Assembly (NCBI GenBank): GCA_015058575.1
Contig: SVBZ01000040.1
Span: forward strand, 8,314-72,313
Source of the DNA: Selenomonas ruminantium
Lineage (GTDB): Bacteria > Bacillota > Negativicutes > Selenomonadales > Selenomonadaceae
Direction of reading: 5' to 3'
DNA: 64,000 bases
The notes beneath the pieces are model-generated. The model was not told where the DNA came from and did not search any database. It saw nothing but the letters and a program-made list of their open reading frames with translations. This document shows positions 49,110-62,531 of the stretch, one piece after another. The number at the start of each line of letters is the position of its first letter. The first letter of the stretch is position 1. The position numbers and the translations under genes were made by a program.

Positions 49110-50399
49110 ATGATCGGTATCAAAAATGTTATTGCCATTGTTTGCGGCGGTGGACCGGCGCCAGGCATCAACAGCGTTATTTCAGGTGTAGTCAACGAGG
49201 CAACCCGCCATGGCTGGGATGTACTCGGAATCTATGACGGCTTTTCACGCATTGGCCGTGGCGAGAAGAATTACGTCCGCCTTGAGCCGAAAAACATCAG
49301 CCGCATCCACCTGACTGGCGGTTGCATCCTTAAGATGTCGCGCTTCAATCCGACGAAAAAAGAGTCCGATCTGCGCACGGTCGTCGAGACGCTCACAGAG
49401 CTCGGCGTTACGCATCTGGTGACGATTGGTGGCGATGACACGGCCTACAGCTCGGCGGCGGTATCGGAGTACGCACGCAAGATGGGCCGTACGATCAATG
49501 TCGTCCATGTCCCGAAAACCATCGATAATGATCTGCCGCTGCCCGAAGGCGTTCCGACCTTTGGCTTTGAGACAGCCCGGGCCTTTGCTACGACGGAAAT
49601 CGAAAACCTCATGGAAGATTCCCGCACGACGAACAACCGCTGGTATTTCACGATTGCCATGGGCCGTACGGCTGGCCATCTGGCACTGGGCATGGGCCGC
49701 AGCGCCGGGGCAGCACTTACGGTCATCCCAGAGGAGTTCCCCGAAGAGAAGATCCCTCTGCAGCAGGTGGTAGATATCATCACTGGTTCGATCGTCAAAC
49801 GCTATCTGACAGGCAAGAACTATGGTGTAGCTGTTATCGCCGAAGGCGTTATCGAGAAAATTGCGCCGGAGGATTTCAAGAAGCTCGGTACGGTTGTGAC
49901 GGATGAACATGGTCATATCCGTTACAGTGAGCTTGACTTTGGCGAGATCCTCAAACAAGCTGTTCTGGCTGAAGTCAAGAAGCTCGGCATCAAGATTTCC
50001 ATCATTGATAAGGAAATTGGCTATGAGCTTCGCTGCACGGCGCCGATTGCTTATGATATCGACTACGCACGGTCCCTCGGTTACTCCGCCGTCAAATTCC
50101 TCATGGCTGGTGACAGCGGGGCACTGATTACGATTCAGGACAACAAGGCAGTGCCGATGCGCTTTGAGGATATCAAAGATCCGGCAACGGGCAAGACGAT
50201 GGTTCGCAAGGTAAACATCGAATCCATCCAGTACAAGATTGCACGTGGTCTTATGATGCGTCTGGAAAAAGAAGACCTGAGCGATCCGGGGCTTGCCAAT
50301 GCGTACCGTATGGAGCCGAAGGAATTCAAAGAGCGTTATATGTATCTCTTTGATGCGCCGGAGGAAGCTGAGGCCAGCCAGGCGGAACCCAAGAAATAA
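49110..50399 (+). CDS. Phosphofructokinase, probably PPi-dependent
   Basis: GGGPAPGINSVI, GGDDT (Asp typical of PPi-type enzymes), PKTIDNDL, MGR. Confidence 0.85.
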   Translation: MIGIKNVIAIVCGGGPAPGINSVISGVVNEATRHGWDVLGIYDGFSRIGRGEKNYVRLEPKNISRIHLTGGCILKMSRFNPTKKESDLRTVVETLTELGVTHLVTIGGDDTAYSSAAVSEYARKMGRTINVVHVPKTIDNDLPLPEGVPTFGFETARAFATTEIENLMEDSRTTNNRWYFTIAMGRTAGHLALGMGRSAGAALTVIPEEFPEEKIPLQQVVDIITGSIVKRYLTGKNYGVAVIAEGVIEKIAPEDFKKLGTVVTDEHGHIRYSELDFGEILKQAVLAEVKKLGIKISIIDKEIGYELRCTAPIAYDIDYARSLGYSAVKFLMAGDSGALITIQDNKAVPMRFEDIKDPATGKTMVRKVNIESIQYKIARGLMMRLEKEDLSDPGLANAYRMEPKEFKERYMYLFDAPEEAEASQAEPKK

Positions 50400-50560
50400 G
50401 GTTCTATAATAAATAGAATGAAACGATGATTTAGCAGGGAAGTTTATTTCTCTGCTAAATTTTTTATTTTTTTTATAAAAAGGGGTTGACGAACCCATGA
50501 CGATGCTCTATAATAATTTCTTGTCAGCCAGTGATGCGAAAGCGTCATAAGCGATAACAT

Positions 50561-50636
<76 letters not shown>

Positions 50637-50676
50637 AATTGATTATTTTCCAACATTTCGAGATAATATGTATTAT

Positions 50677-50752
<76 letters not shown>

Positions 50753-50765
50753 AAATGCTGGTAAA

Positions 50766-50841
50766 GCTGATATAGCTCAGTCGGTAGAGCGTATCCTTGG
50801 TAAGGATAAGGTCACCAGTTCAATCCTGGTTATCAGCTCCA
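50766..50841 (+). tRNA. tRNA-Thr (GGT)
   Basis: GCTGATA...TATCC-TTGGTAA-GGATA...TATCAGCTCCA. Confidence 0.95.
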
Positions 50842-50851
50842 TATATATTCT

Positions 50852-50928
50852 GGCGGCGTAGCTCAGTTGGCTAGAGCATGCGGTTCATACCCGCAGTGTC
50901 AGGAGTTCAAATCTCTTCGCCGCCACCA
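50852..50928 (+). tRNA. tRNA-Met (CAT), probably elongator
   Basis: GGCGGCG...TGCGG-TTCATAC-CCGCA...CGCCGCCACCA. Confidence 0.9.
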
Positions 50929-51098
50929 ACTTTATCAATGAGCCCCTGTTACAGGGGTTTTATTTATGTATAGTGTCCTGAAATAAAATTTCACCTTGTC
51001 AAGGTTTCCTAGTTGACAGTCAAAGGCAAGTGTGCTAAATTGTATTAGTGACATTGTGAAAGAGTCATAGTTTCTGAGCGTAAGGGGTGTAATAAGAG

Positions 51099-51248
51099 AT
51101 GCGCAACAATATCACGTTGGAGTGCACGGAGTGCCATAGCCGTAACTACCGTACCAACAAGAACAAGAAGAACAACCCGGATCGTCTGGAGTTCAATAAG
51201 TACTGCAAGTTCTGCAAGAAGCACACGCTGCACAAAGAGACGAAATAA
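51099..51248 (+). CDS. rpmG: 50S ribosomal protein L33 (Zn-binding form); too short for the ORF track
   Basis: [44 protein letters not shown]. Confidence 0.96.
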   Translation: MRNNITLECTECHSRNYRTNKNKKNNPDRLEFNKYCKFCKKHTLHKETK

Positions 51249-51278
51249 TCGCTTTAGCGGGTTGAACGGAGATGTGAA

Positions 51279-51458
51279 GTGACTGTGAAGAAATTCATAG
51301 ACGAAGTAATCGCCGAGATGAAAAAAGTATCCTGGGCAACCAAGAAGGAGCTTTTCAACTACACTGTGGTTGTAGGCATCGCTGTTGCGATTGTTTGTGC
51401 CCTGATTTGGTTCTGTGATACGGTCTTTGCAAGATTGTTCCACATCATTTTAAGGTAA
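51279..51458 (+). CDS. secE: Preprotein translocase subunit SecE; not in the ORF track
   Basis: GTG start; EVIAEMKKVSWATKKEL followed by one TM helix; lies between rpmG and nusG. Confidence 0.92.
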   Translation: MTVKKFIDEVIAEMKKVSWATKKELFNYTVVVGIAVAIVCALIWFCDTVFARLFHIILR

Positions 51459-51474
51459 GCAGGGTGAGATAAGC

Positions 51475-52026
51475 ATGGCAGACAAGGACGAGATGGATCT
51501 TCGTCAGGATAATCCTGGCAGAGCATGGTATGTAATCCATACCTACTCAGGCTATGAGAATAAGGTTAAAGCCAATCTCGAGCGCCTGATTCACACGGCC
51601 AACATGAGCGACATGATTTTCAATGTCGTCGTCCCGGTAGAGGATGAGGTCGAAATCAAGGACGGCAAAAAGAAGGTCGTTCCGAGAAAAGTCTTCCCAG
51701 GCTATGTGCTGGTTGACATGATTGTCGATGAGCATTCCTGGTACGTTGTGCGCAACACCACTGGTGTAACGGGTTTTGTCGGTTCCGAGAAACACCCGAT
51801 TCCGCTTACTGATGCTGAAGCGAAACGTATCTTGAAATCCATGGGCGAGGAAGAGCTCAAACCCGAATTGGATGTATCCGTCGGGGATGTGGTTCGCATC
51901 AACTCGGGTGTTTTCGAGAATTATACGGGCGCCGTTACTGAAATCGATCAGGAAAAAGGCCGCTTGAAGGTTCTGGTAGAGGAAACCCCGATTGACCTTG
52001 GCTTCGATCAGGTCGAAAAGCTCTAA
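51475..52026 (+). CDS. nusG: Transcription factor NusG
   Basis: WYVIHTYSGYENKVK, FPGYVLV, TTGVTGFVG, KOW domain. Confidence 0.97.
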   Translation: MADKDEMDLRQDNPGRAWYVIHTYSGYENKVKANLERLIHTANMSDMIFNVVVPVEDEVEIKDGKKKVVPRKVFPGYVLVDMIVDEHSWYVVRNTTGVTGFVGSEKHPIPLTDAEAKRILKSMGEEELKPELDVSVGDVVRINSGVFENYTGAVTEIDQEKGRLKVLVEETPIDLGFDQVEKL

Positions 52027-52066
52027 TTGAAGCCACTAAAATCCATTTTTGGGAGGTGTAAATACA

Positions 52067-52492
52067 ATGGCAAAGAAAGTTTCTAAGATTGTCAAGCTCC
52101 AGGTTGTTGCTGGTAAAGCTAATCCGGCTCCTCCGGTAGGTCCGGCTCTTAGTCAGGCTGGTGTCAACATCATGGGCTTCTGTAAGGAATTCAACGAGAG
52201 AACCAAGGCACAGGCTGGTCTTGTCATCCCTGTTGTCATCACGGTTTTTGAGGATAGATCCTTCACGTTCATCACCAAGACGCCGCCGGCTGCTGTTCTT
52301 CTGAAGAAGGCTGCTAAGATCGACAAAGCTTCTGGTGAGCCGAACAAGAACAAAGTCGCTAAACTGCCGCGCGCAGAGGCAATGAAGATTGCTGAGAGCA
52401 AGATGGCTGACCTCAACGCTGCTGACATCGAGGCTGCTACCCGCATGATCGAGGGTACGGCACGCAGCATGGGTATTGAGATCGTTGACTGA
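52067..52492 (+). CDS. rplK: 50S ribosomal protein L11
   Basis: [23 protein letters not shown]. Confidence 0.98.
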   Translation: MAKKVSKIVKLQVVAGKANPAPPVGPALSQAGVNIMGFCKEFNERTKAQAGLVIPVVITVFEDRSFTFITKTPPAAVLLKKAAKIDKASGEPNKNKVAKLPRAEAMKIAESKMADLNAADIEAATRMIEGTARSMGIEIVD

Positions 52493-52560
52493 TTTTAGTT
52501 GATGATTTCATCCCGTGGGAGGCAATTTACCGTTATTACCACGAGAGGAGATTACTTACA

Positions 52561-53244
52561 ATGGCTAAAGCTGGTAAGAAATATCAGGACGCTTGCAAGC
52601 TCGTAGAGGCTGGCAAGGTCTACACGGCTGCTGAGGCTATGGAGCTCGTCAAGAAGACGGCTACGGCTAAGTTCGATGAAACCATCGAGCTGCACGTACG
52701 TCTCGGCGTTGATCCGAAATACGCTGATCAGCAGGTCCGCGGCGCTATGGTCCTGCCGCATGGCACGGGTAAATCCAAGCGCGTACTCGTCTTCGCAAAA
52801 GGCGAGAAAGTTAAGGAAGCAGAAGCAGCAGGTGCTGACTTCGTTGGTTCCGATGAAATCGTCCAGAAGATCCAGGGCGGCTGGCTCGACTTTGATGTCG
52901 CTGTCGCTACTCCGGACATGATGGGCACTGTCGGTCGTCTTGGTAAGGTCCTTGGTCCTCGCGGCCTCATGCCGAACCCGAAACTGGGCACGGTTACGAT
53001 GGATCTCACGAAGGCTATTTCCGAGATTAAAGCAGGTAAAGTCGAGTACCGCACCGATAAAGCTGGTAATGTACATTGCCCGATCGGTAAGGCATCTTTC
53101 GACGCTGAGAAGCTTCAGCAGAACTTCCAGGCCCTGATTGATACACTGAACCGTGTAAAACCGGCTGCTGCTAAAGGCCAGTACATGCGCTCCATTACGG
53201 TCAGCGCAACGATGGGCCCTGGCATCCCGGTTCAGATGGGCTAA
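52561..53244 (+). CDS. rplA: 50S ribosomal protein L1
   Basis: [24 protein letters not shown]. Confidence 0.98.
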   Translation: MAKAGKKYQDACKLVEAGKVYTAAEAMELVKKTATAKFDETIELHVRLGVDPKYADQQVRGAMVLPHGTGKSKRVLVFAKGEKVKEAEAAGADFVGSDEIVQKIQGGWLDFDVAVATPDMMGTVGRLGKVLGPRGLMPNPKLGTVTMDLTKAISEIKAGKVEYRTDKAGNVHCPIGKASFDAEKLQQNFQALIDTLNRVKPAAAKGQYMRSITVSATMGPGIPVQMG

Positions 53245-53289
53245 GCCTTTCTGATTAGGTTCAACGAGGCTCCGGTCTCCACAACTGTA

Positions 53290-53410
53290 TAACGATGGCT
53301 GTAGACAGCAGGTTTGATTCTATCATCTAACGACGATTCGTCGCCTGCCGAGGCCGGAGCTCACTGAATTTGACGATTCAACCTCCGGCGTACGCAGCCG
53401 GAGGTTTTTT
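53290..53410 (+). promoter_or_regulatory. L10 leader (rplJ autoregulatory RNA)
   Basis: GTAGACAGCAGG...CCTGCCGAGG core plus hairpin ACCTCCGGC...GCCGGAGGTTTTTT upstream of rplJ. Confidence 0.8.
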
Positions 53411-53452
53411 TACAGGCTTTAAAATTCCAAGTGGACAGGAGGTGAAATTAAA

Positions 53453-53992
53453 GTGGCAAACTTAACGAAAAAACAGGCTATCGTCGCTGAGCTCAAAGAT
53501 CAGCTGACGAATGCTAAAGGTGTAGTTCTGACGAGCTACAAAGGTCTGACGGTTGCTCAGGACACGGAACTCCGCCGCGAGCTCCGCGCTGCTGGCGTAA
53601 CGTATCATGTTGTCAAGAACACGATGCTCCGTCTGGCTGCTAAAGAAGCTGGTATCGAGGGCTTTGATGAGCATCTCGAGGGCACGACGGCTTTCGCATT
53701 CTCCACGGAGGATGCTATTGCTCCGGCAAAAGTCATCTGCGGCTTCATCAAGAAGAACAAACTGGACGAGAACGAGGTTCTGACGATCAAAGTTGGTACG
53801 GTCGAGGGCAAAGTCATCGACGCCAAAGAGGTCAAAGCTCTGGCTTCGCTGCCGTCCCGCGAGGAACTCATTGCCAAGATGCTGGGCAGCATGAACGCCC
53901 CGATTTCCAACACGGTCAACGTGCTGCAGGGTGTTATCCGCAATGCTGTTTATGTGCTTGACGCTGTTCGCGCTCAGAAGGAATCCGCATAA
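53453..53992 (+). CDS. rplJ: 50S ribosomal protein L10
   Basis: [24 protein letters not shown]. Confidence 0.97.
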   Translation: MANLTKKQAIVAELKDQLTNAKGVVLTSYKGLTVAQDTELRRELRAAGVTYHVVKNTMLRLAAKEAGIEGFDEHLEGTTAFAFSTEDAIAPAKVICGFIKKNKLDENEVLTIKVGTVEGKVIDAKEVKALASLPSREELIAKMLGSMNAPISNTVNVLQGVIRNAVYVLDAVRAQKESA

Positions 53993-54054
53993 TCGCGTTT
54001 CCCTCTTATATAATTAATGAAGAAATAAAGAAAGATTTTTGGAGGTATATTCAA

Positions 54055-54423
<369 letters not shown>

Positions 54424-54711
54424 TTTCAGTCTTTGACTTTTCAAGGACCATTCCGTTTGGGATGGTCCTTTTTGTTATATAAAATTTAAAATTGCCAAGG
54501 TCGGACGCTTGACAGAAGATAAAAAGGGTGCTAAACTAAGAAACTACAGGAAAATGAATAGGGATAACTATGCGCAAGCGGAAAGGAACTGGAAGCAAGG
54601 TGTAAAATGATCTCATACCTTGTTTTTTTTCTTGTTCCTGTATTCCGCTCTTGTTTGTGTGGTTTAATCCCTGCATTTCAAAGATCATTCTAGTATAAAT
54701 CAGGCTAAGGG

Positions 54712-57700
54712 GTGAAGGATTTGTTATTTAATCCTGTGCCGGTGGGCAAGAGAACCAGGTATAGCTATGCCAGAATCAAGGAAGTCATGGAGATGCCGCA
54801 TCTGCTGGATATCCAGCGGAACAGCTACAAGTGGTTCCTCGATGAGGGTTTGCAGGAAATTTTCAACGACATTTCGCCGATCAAGGACTTCTCCGAGAAT
54901 CTCGTGCTGTCCTTTGAGAGTTTTTCGCTTGGCGAGCCGAAATACGGCCTTGACGAGTGCAAAGAGCGCGATGTAACCTATGCGGCTCCTATCCGTGTAA
55001 ACGTCCGTCTCATCAACCGTGAGACCGGTGAAATCAAGGAGCAGGAAGTCTTCATGGGCGATTTCCCACTGATGACGGATACGGGTACGTTCATCATCAA
55101 CGGTGCTGAGCGTGTCATCGTCAGCCAGCTGGTTCGTTCTCCAGGCGCATATTATGGTGAGGAGATCGATCCGACTGGTAAGCATCTCTATAATGCAACG
55201 GTCATTCCGAACCGTGGTGCCTGGATTGAGCTCGAGACGGATGCGAACGATGTAGTTTCGGTTCGCATTGACCGCACGCGTAAGATGCCGGTCACTTATT
55301 TCATCCGTGCCCTTGGCTTTGCTACCGACGAGGAGATTGTTGAACTCTTCGGTGAAGATCCGCGTATCATGAATACGCTTGAGCGCGATGGTGAAGAAGT
55401 CAAATCGCAGGGCAAAGCTGTCATCGAAATCTATAAGCGCCTTCGTCCGGGTGAGCCGGCCAATGAGGACAATGCTACGCAGCTCCTCAATTCGCTGTTC
55501 TTTGACCCGAAGCGTTACGATCTGGCTACGGTTGGCCGCTATAAACTCACGAAGAAACTGGGCTGGAAGCGCCGTATCCTTGGCAAGGTCCTGGCTGAGC
55601 CTATCGTTGATAAAGAGACGGGCGAGATTGTCATTCCGCAGGGCGTAGTCGTCACGGAAGACATGATCGATGCTGTTGATGTTGAGCGCGAGAGACAGAT
55701 CTTTGGTGAGGGGGGCCTCATCACGCTGTACGCCCTGAAGAAGGACGGCAGCAAGGTTAAGATGCTTTGCAGCCCGACGCTTGACATCCATGACCGCACG
55801 ATTACGAAAAATGATATCATTGCTTCGATTAACTATCTGCTCAATCTCATGGATGGTTTCGGCAATACGGATGATATCGACCATCTGGGCAACCGCCGTG
55901 TCCGTGCGGTCGGTGAGCTGCTCCAGAATCAGTTCCGTATCGGTCTTTCCCGCATGGAACGTGTCGTCCGTGAGCGCATGACGATTCAGGATGTTGATGT
56001 CATTACGCCGCAGGCACTGATCAATATCCGTCCGGTTGTTGCTGCCATCAAAGAGTTCTTTGGTTCTTCGCAGCTGTCGCAGTTCATGGACCAGCATAAC
56101 CCGCTGTCCGAGCTGACGCATAAACGCCGTCTGTCGGCACTGGGACCGGGTGGTCTGTCGCGTGAGCGCGCAGGTTTCGAGGTCCGCGACGTACACAACT
56201 CGCATTATGGCCGCATGTGCCCGGTAGAGTCGCCTGAGGGACCGAATATCGGTCTTATCGGTTCGCTGGCTACCTATGCCCGCGTCAATCAGTTTGGCTT
56301 CATGGAGACGCCGTATCGCCGTGTCGATAAAGAGACGCATCAGGTTACGGATGAAGTCCGCTACCTGACGGCTGATGAAGAGGATGAGCTCGTCATCGCG
56401 CAGGCCAATGAGCCGCTCGATGAAAACGAATGGTTCATCAATGAACGCGTAACGGCCCGCTACAATGAGGAAACGGGTCTGCATAACCGCGATACCGTCG
56501 ATTACATGGACGTTAGCCCGCGTCAGGTCTTCTCGATTGCAACGGCGATGATTCCGTTCCTCGAGAACGATGATGCGAACCGTGCCCTGATGGGTGCGAA
56601 CATGCAGCGTCAGGCTGTTCCTCTGCTCCGCACGCAGGCACCGCTGGTCGGTACCGGTATGGAGTACAAGGCTGCCTGCGACTCCGGTGTCATGATTCTT
56701 GCGAAGCATGATGGTACGGTTGAGCGTGTAACGGCTGATTTCATCGATGTCCGCCGTGAAGATGGTCAGCTTGACCACTATAAATTGCAGAAATTCCTGC
56801 GTTCCAACCAGGGCACCTGCATCAATCAGGTTCCTATCGTATACAAAGGCGACAAAGTTGTCGAGAAACAGCCGATTGCCGATGGCCCGGCTACGGACCA
56901 TGGCGAGTTGGCACTTGGCTACAACATCATCGTTGCCTACATGCCGTGGGAAGGCTACAACTACGAGGATGCTGTCCTCTTGTCGGAGAACCTCGTAAAA
57001 CGCGATCTCTACACGTCGATTCATATCGAGGAGTACGAGTGCGATGCGCGTGATACGAAGCTTGGGCCAGAGGAAATCACCCGTGATATCCCGAATGTTG
57101 CCGAAGAGGCCCTCAAGGATCTCGACGAAGAGGGTATCATCTCCATCGGTGCTGACGTACGTCCTGGCGATATTCTCGTCGGTAAAGTCACGCCGAAAGG
57201 CGAGACGGAGCTTACGGCTGAGGAGCGCCTGCTGCGCGCTATCTTCGGCGAGAAAGCCCGCGAAGTCCGCGATACGTCGCTGCGTGTGCCGCATGGTGAG
57301 CAGGGCAAGATCGTTGACGTCAAGATTTTCAGCCGCGAGAACAACGATGAGCTGCCGCCAGGCGTAAATCGTCTTGTCCGCGTCTACATCGCGCAGAAGC
57401 GCAAGATTTCCATCGGCGATAAGATGGCAGGCCGTCATGGTAACAAGGGTGTCGTTTCCCGCATCATGCGTCAGGAAGACATGCCGTTCCTGCCGGATGG
57501 CACGCCAGTCGATCTCGTGCTGAACCCGTTGGGCGTTCCGTCGCGAATGAACATCGGTCAGGTGCTCGAGGTTCATCTCGGTATGGCAGTCAAAGTCCTT
57601 GGCCAGCAGATCAAGGATGGCGATCCGACGGTCGAGCAGCGCCTGCGTGACGCCGGCTATGACTTCGACAAGTATGGCATGCCAAAACCGGATGTCGCTG

Positions 57701-58455
57701 GTATCCATATTGCAACGCCGGTCTTCGACGGTGCGAAAGATGACGATGTCTGGGGAACGGTCAAAGCTGCCGGCCTGCCGGCTGACGGCAAGACGGTCCT
57801 CTACGATGGCCGTACGGGTGAACCGTTCGAGAACCGCGTAACGGTTGGCTGCACGTACTTCCTCAAGCTGCATCATCTCGTTGCCGATAAGATCCATGCG
57901 CGTTCAACCGGTCCGTACTCCCTCGTTACACAGCAGCCGCTCGGTGGTAAAGCCCAGTTCGGTGGCCAGCGTTTCGGTGAGATGGAGGTTTGGGCCCTCG
58001 AGGCTTACGGTGCCGCTTACACGCTGCAGGAAATCCTGACGGTCAAGTCCGATGATGTTGTCGGTCGTGTCAAGGCCTATGAGGCTATCGTCAAGGGCGA
58101 AAACATTCCGGAACCGGGTGTACCGGAGTCGTTCAAGGTACTTATCAAAGAGCTCCAGTCTATCGGTCTCGATATCAAGGTGCTCAATGAGGATGCCAAG
58201 GAAATCTCGCTCTTGGACGAGGATGATGAAGAAGATATCAACAAGACGGCGAAGGATCTCGATCTTGACGTCGCTGGTGTTGATCCGAATAAAGAAGGCG
58301 CCGCTGCGGCGCAGACGGCTGGAGCAGACTCCTATGATGAAGGTGCTCCGTCTGATGATGAAAAGCCGGACGACATCATTGCCGACATCGGCAGCATGGG
58401 CTCGCTTGAAGGCCCGGCCGTAGACAATGCAGATGAAGGTAATGATGAGGAATAA
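54712..58455 (+). CDS. rpoB: DNA-directed RNA polymerase subunit beta
   Basis: [45 protein letters not shown]; start GTG 54712 or TTG 54721. Confidence 0.98.
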   Translation: MKDLLFNPVPVGKRTRYSYARIKEVMEMPHLLDIQRNSYKWFLDEGLQEIFNDISPIKDFSENLVLSFESFSLGEPKYGLDECKERDVTYAAPIRVNVRLINRETGEIKEQEVFMGDFPLMTDTGTFIINGAERVIVSQLVRSPGAYYGEEIDPTGKHLYNATVIPNRGAWIELETDANDVVSVRIDRTRKMPVTYFIRALGFATDEEIVELFGEDPRIMNTLERDGEEVKSQGKAVIEIYKRLRPGEPANEDNATQLLNSLFFDPKRYDLATVGRYKLTKKLGWKRRILGKVLAEPIVDKETGEIVIPQGVVVTEDMIDAVDVERERQIFGEGGLITLYALKKDGSKVKMLCSPTLDIHDRTITKNDIIASINYLLNLMDGFGNTDDIDHLGNRRVRAVGELLQNQFRIGLSRMERVVRERMTIQDVDVITPQALINIRPVVAAIKEFFGSSQLSQFMDQHNPLSELTHKRRLSALGPGGLSRERAGFEVRDVHNSHYGRMCPVESPEGPNIGLIGSLATYARVNQFGFMETPYRRVDKETHQVTDEVRYLTADEEDELVIAQANEPLDENEWFINERVTARYNEETGLHNRDTVDYMDVSPRQVFSIATAMIPFLENDDANRALMGANMQRQAVPLLRTQAPLVGTGMEYKAACDSGVMILAKHDGTVERVTADFIDVRREDGQLDHYKLQKFLRSNQGTCINQVPIVYKGDKVVEKQPIADGPATDHGELALGYNIIVAYMPWEGYNYEDAVLLSENLVKRDLYTSIHIEEYECDARDTKLGPEEITRDIPNVAEEALKDLDEEGIISIGADVRPGDILVGKVTPKGETELTAEERLLRAIFGEKAREVRDTSLRVPHGEQGKIVDVKIFSRENNDELPPGVNRLVRVYIAQKRKISIGDKMAGRHGNKGVVSRIMRQEDMPFLPDGTPVDLVLNPLGVPSRMNIGQVLEVHLGMAVKVLGQQIKDGDPTVEQRLRDAGYDFDKYGMPKPDVAGIHIATPVFDGAKDDDVWGTVKAAGLPADGKTVLYDGRTGEPFENRVTVGCTYFLKLHHLVADKIHARSTGPYSLVTQQPLGGKAQFGGQRFGEMEVWALEAYGAAYTLQEILTVKSDDVVGRVKAYEAIVKGENIPEPGVPESFKVLIKELQSIGLDIKVLNEDAKEISLLDEDDEEDINKTAKDLDLDVAGVDPNKEGAAAAQTAGADSYDEGAPSDDEKPDDIIADIGSMGSLEGPAVDNADEGNDEE

Positions 58456-58473
58456 GAAGGGAGTGTCATCTCT

Positions 58474-61400
58474 TTGCTGGATGTAAATAATTTTGATTCG
58501 ATGCGCATCGGTCTGGCCTCTCCGGAGAAAATCCGCGAGTGGTCGTACGGTGAGGTCAAGAAGCCGGAGACCATCAACTATCGCACACTGAAGCCAGAGC
58601 GCGACGGTCTGTTCTGCGAGCGTATCTTTGGACCGACCCGTGACTGGGAATGCCATTGCGGTAAGTATAAGCGTATCCGCTATAAAGGCATTGTCTGCGA
58701 TCGCTGCGGTGTCGAAGTCACGCGTGCCAAAGTGCGCCGTGAGCGCATGGGTCACATCGAGCTCGCTGCTCCGGTGTCCCATATCTGGTACTTCAAGGGT
58801 ATTCCGAGCCGTATGGGCCTGATTCTCGACATCTCTCCGCGAGCTCTCGAGAAGGTACTGTACTTTGCTTACTATATCGTTCTGGATCCGGGTGAGAACA
58901 CGGATCTGGCCAAGAAGAGCCTGCTCTCCGAAAAAGAGTATCATGATGCTCTCGAGAAATACGGCAATACGTTCCGTGTCGGTATGGGTGCTGAGGCCAT
59001 CAAAGAGCTCCTCGACGAGCTTGACCTTGAGACCATGAGCGAATCGCTGCGCAAAGACGTCCGTACGACGTCTGGCCAGAAGAAGATCCGCGCCATCCGC
59101 CGTCTGGAAGTTGTCGAGGCTTTCCGCAAGTCCGGCAACAAGCCGTCCTGGATGATTCTCGACGTTGTTCCGGTCATTCCGCCAGAGCTGCGTCCGATGG
59201 TACAGCTTGATGGCGGCCGTTTCGCAACGTCTGACCTCAACGATCTGTATCGCCGTGTCATCAACCGTAACAACCGCCTCAAGCGCCTGCTGGATCTCGG
59301 TGCACCGGACATCATCGTCCGCAACGAGAAACGCATGCTGCAGGAAGCTGTCGATGCCTTGATCGATAACGGCCGCCGCGGCCGTCCGGTCACGGGCCCG
59401 GGCAACCGTCCGCTCAAATCCCTTTCCGATATGCTGAAAGGTAAGCAGGGCCGTTTCCGTCAGAACCTCCTGGGTAAGCGTGTTGACTACTCGGGCCGTT
59501 CCGTTATCGTTGTCGGCCCGGAACTCAAACTGCATCAGTGCGGTCTGCCGAAAGAAATGGCGCTCGAGCTCTTCAAGCCATTCGTCATGAAGAAACTCGT
59601 TGCTTCGGGTGCTGCGCATAACATCAAATCGGCTAAGCGCATGGTTGAGCGTGCGCGTCCGGAAGTATGGGATGTACTCGAGGATGTCATCAAGGAGCAT
59701 CCGGTTCTCTTAAACCGTGCCCCGACGCTGCATCGTCTCGGTATCCAGGCTTTCGAGCCGGTTCTCACGGAGGGCCGTGCCCTGAAGCTCCATCCGCTGG
59801 CTTGTACGGCATACAACGCTGACTTCGATGGTGACCAGATGGCTATCCATCTGCCGCTGTCGGCTGAGGCCCAGACGGAGGCCCGCATCCTGATGCTGGC
59901 TGCCAACCACATCCTGGCCCCGAAAGATGGTAAACCAATCATCGTACCGACGCAGGACATGGTTCTGGGTGCTTACTATCTGACCATTGTCCGCCCAGGT
60001 GCAAAGGGCGAGGGCATGGCTGTTACGGGCATTGCTGAGGCACTCCTCGCATACCAGCAGCATGACCTTGACTTGCAGGCACAGATTACCTGCCGCATTG
60101 AGGGACATGGTCTTGTCAAGACGTCGCTGGGCCGCATGATTTTCAGCGAAATCCTGCCGCCGGAGCTTCGTTACTACTACAAGGAAAAAGATTCCGATCA
60201 GGAGTGCCTGGGCATCCTCATGAACAAGAAGGAACTCGGTAAACTGGTTGCGAACTGCTATAATCACTTTGGTGCTACGAAGACCGCTGAGGTCATCGAT
60301 AACGTCAAGAACCTCGGCTACCATTACGCCTGCATCGCCGGCATGACGGTTGCTATCTCCGACGTTATCGTACCGCCGAAGAAAAAGACCATCATTGCCG
60401 ACACGCAGAAGATCGTCAACAAGGTTGAGCGCCAGTTCGACCGTGGTCTTATCACTGAGGAAGAGCGTTATCATAAGGTCGTCGACCTCTGGTCGGTTGC
60501 TACCGATGATGTCGCTGATGCGATGATGGACAATATGGACACCTTCAACCCGATCTTCATGATGGCTGACTCCGGTGCCCGTGGTAACAAACAGCAGATG
60601 CGTCAGCTGGCTGGTATGCGCGGTCTTATGGCTGACCCGTCTGGTAAGATCATCGACCTGCCAATCACGGCAAACTTCCGTGAAGGTCTGTCGGTATCCG
60701 ATTACTTCATTTCGTCCCATGGTGCTCGTAAAGGTCTTGCTGATACGGCTCTGCGTACCGCTGACTCGGGTTACCTTACGCGCCGTCTGGTTGACGTCGC
60801 CCAGGATGTCATTGTCCGTGAAGAGGACTGCGATATCTCGACGCTCAACATGGTTCAGGCTCGTGCAAGACTCGCAGAATCCACGCTGGATGCTCTCGAG
60901 ATCCTCAACGACAGCCTTATGGGCCGCCTGCTCGGTGCCGATGTTCTCGACCCCGAGACCAAAGAAGTTCTCTTTGCCAAAGATACCATCCTTGGCGAGG
61001 AAGAGCTTCAGCTTATCGGCGAGAAGAGCGTACCGGAAATCATGGTTCGCGGTTCTTCGCTGGCATCCGAGGCAGCTATCAGCAATGCGATGATCACCGA
61101 GGCAATTTCCCTCGGCGAACCGGATGCAGCTGCGCGGGCAAAGATCAAGGATTCCATGCTGCATGAGATGAATGGCAAGGAAGTTACGCGCGATGTTGTC
61201 GACGAGGATGGCAAGGTTATCCTGGCAGCCGGCGAGCATCTTGACGAAGCCAAGATCCAGGCTATTCTCGACAGCAGTGCCAAGGAACTCCGCGTTCGCA
61301 ACAACAATGTCCGCGGTATCGAAGTCGAGGCCATCAAAGAAGGCGACGGCATCATCGAGTCGCTGGCTGAGCGTATTGTCGGCCGTGTCCTCGCTGAGAA

Positions 61401-62475
61401 CATCGACGATCCGCAGACGGGTGAGCGCATCGCTTCCATCAACGATACGGTTGATGAAGACCTCGCTAAACGCATCGAGAAAGTCCGTGATCATGTATCG
61501 ATCCGCAGCGTCCTGACCTGTAAGTCGCAGTTCGGCGTCTGCATCAAGTGCTATGGCCGTGACCTTGCCAACCAGGCTGAGGTCGAAATCGGTGAGGCAG
61601 TCGGTATCATCGCCGCACAGTCCATCGGTGAGCCGGGCACGCAGCTCACCATGCGTACGTTCCACTCCGGTGGTGTCGCTGGTGACGATATTACCCAGGG
61701 TCTTCCGCGTGTCGAGGAGCTTTTCGAGGCACGTAAGCCGAAACATCATGCTATCATTGCCGAAATCGAAGGCCGTGCTGAGGTCGAGGATTCCGGTAAG
61801 GGCATGCGTAAGGTCACGATCGTTCCGGACGAGGGCGAGCCCAGAGAATATGCTATCCCGTATGGTGCCCGTATGGCAGCTAAGCAGGGTATGCACTTAA
61901 AGCCGGGCGACAAGCTCACGGAAGGTTCCATCAACCCGCACGATATCCTGCGTGTTTGCGGCCTGCAGGCTACGCAGCGTTATCTCGTATACGAGGTACA
62001 GAAAGTATACAAATCTCAGGGTGTTGAGATCAACGATAAGCATATCGAGGTAATGGTCCGCCAGATGCTTCATAAAGTGAAGATCGAGGAATCCGGCAGC
62101 ACGGACTTCCTGCCAGGCGAGTACATCGATATCAATTCCTTCGAGAGTGCCAATACGAAAGCTATCGAGGAAGGCGGCGAGCCGGCTGTGGCTAAACCGA
62201 TCCTGCTCGGTATCACGAAGGCATCTCTGGCTACGGATTCCTTCATGTCCGCAGCATCGTTCCAGGAGACGACGCGTGTCCTGACGGATGCTGCCATCAA
62301 GGGCAAAGTCGATCCGCTGATCGGTCTGAAGGAGAACGTCATCATCGGTAAACTCATTCCGGCTGGTACGGGTATGAGCCGTTATCGCAACCTCAAGATT
62401 GTCGATAACGATCCGAAACCGGCGTCGGAGGCAGCAGCTGAGACGGCTGACGCAATCGAGGCAACAGAAGCATAA
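58474..62475 (+). CDS. rpoC: DNA-directed RNA polymerase subunit beta'
   Basis: [36 protein letters not shown]; TTG start. Confidence 0.98.
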   Translation: MLDVNNFDSMRIGLASPEKIREWSYGEVKKPETINYRTLKPERDGLFCERIFGPTRDWECHCGKYKRIRYKGIVCDRCGVEVTRAKVRRERMGHIELAAPVSHIWYFKGIPSRMGLILDISPRALEKVLYFAYYIVLDPGENTDLAKKSLLSEKEYHDALEKYGNTFRVGMGAEAIKELLDELDLETMSESLRKDVRTTSGQKKIRAIRRLEVVEAFRKSGNKPSWMILDVVPVIPPELRPMVQLDGGRFATSDLNDLYRRVINRNNRLKRLLDLGAPDIIVRNEKRMLQEAVDALIDNGRRGRPVTGPGNRPLKSLSDMLKGKQGRFRQNLLGKRVDYSGRSVIVVGPELKLHQCGLPKEMALELFKPFVMKKLVASGAAHNIKSAKRMVERARPEVWDVLEDVIKEHPVLLNRAPTLHRLGIQAFEPVLTEGRALKLHPLACTAYNADFDGDQMAIHLPLSAEAQTEARILMLAANHILAPKDGKPIIVPTQDMVLGAYYLTIVRPGAKGEGMAVTGIAEALLAYQQHDLDLQAQITCRIEGHGLVKTSLGRMIFSEILPPELRYYYKEKDSDQECLGILMNKKELGKLVANCYNHFGATKTAEVIDNVKNLGYHYACIAGMTVAISDVIVPPKKKTIIADTQKIVNKVERQFDRGLITEEERYHKVVDLWSVATDDVADAMMDNMDTFNPIFMMADSGARGNKQQMRQLAGMRGLMADPSGKIIDLPITANFREGLSVSDYFISSHGARKGLADTALRTADSGYLTRRLVDVAQDVIVREEDCDISTLNMVQARARLAESTLDALEILNDSLMGRLLGADVLDPETKEVLFAKDTILGEEELQLIGEKSVPEIMVRGSSLASEAAISNAMITEAISLGEPDAAARAKIKDSMLHEMNGKEVTRDVVDEDGKVILAAGEHLDEAKIQAILDSSAKELRVRNNNVRGIEVEAIKEGDGIIESLAERIVGRVLAENIDDPQTGERIASINDTVDEDLAKRIEKVRDHVSIRSVLTCKSQFGVCIKCYGRDLANQAEVEIGEAVGIIAAQSIGEPGTQLTMRTFHSGGVAGDDITQGLPRVEELFEARKPKHHAIIAEIEGRAEVEDSGKGMRKVTIVPDEGEPREYAIPYGARMAAKQGMHLKPGDKLTEGSINPHDILRVCGLQATQRYLVYEVQKVYKSQGVEINDKHIEVMVRQMLHKVKIEESGSTDFLPGEYIDINSFESANTKAIEEGGEPAVAKPILLGITKASLATDSFMSAASFQETTRVLTDAAIKGKVDPLIGLKENVIIGKLIPAGTGMSRYRNLKIVDNDPKPASEAAAETADAIEATEA

Positions 62476-62531
62476 TGATGCTGTAATAGAAAAGCGGGAA
62501 TCATCTACTCGGATGATTCCCGCTTTTTTGC

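Noticed and set aside
54724-61896. Very long antisense ORFs (up to 1057 aa) opposite rpoB/rpoC; similar ones opposite leuA, lysS and pfk
   Set aside because: Expected shadows of strongly biased codon usage in highly expressed genes; no RBS and no protein motifs
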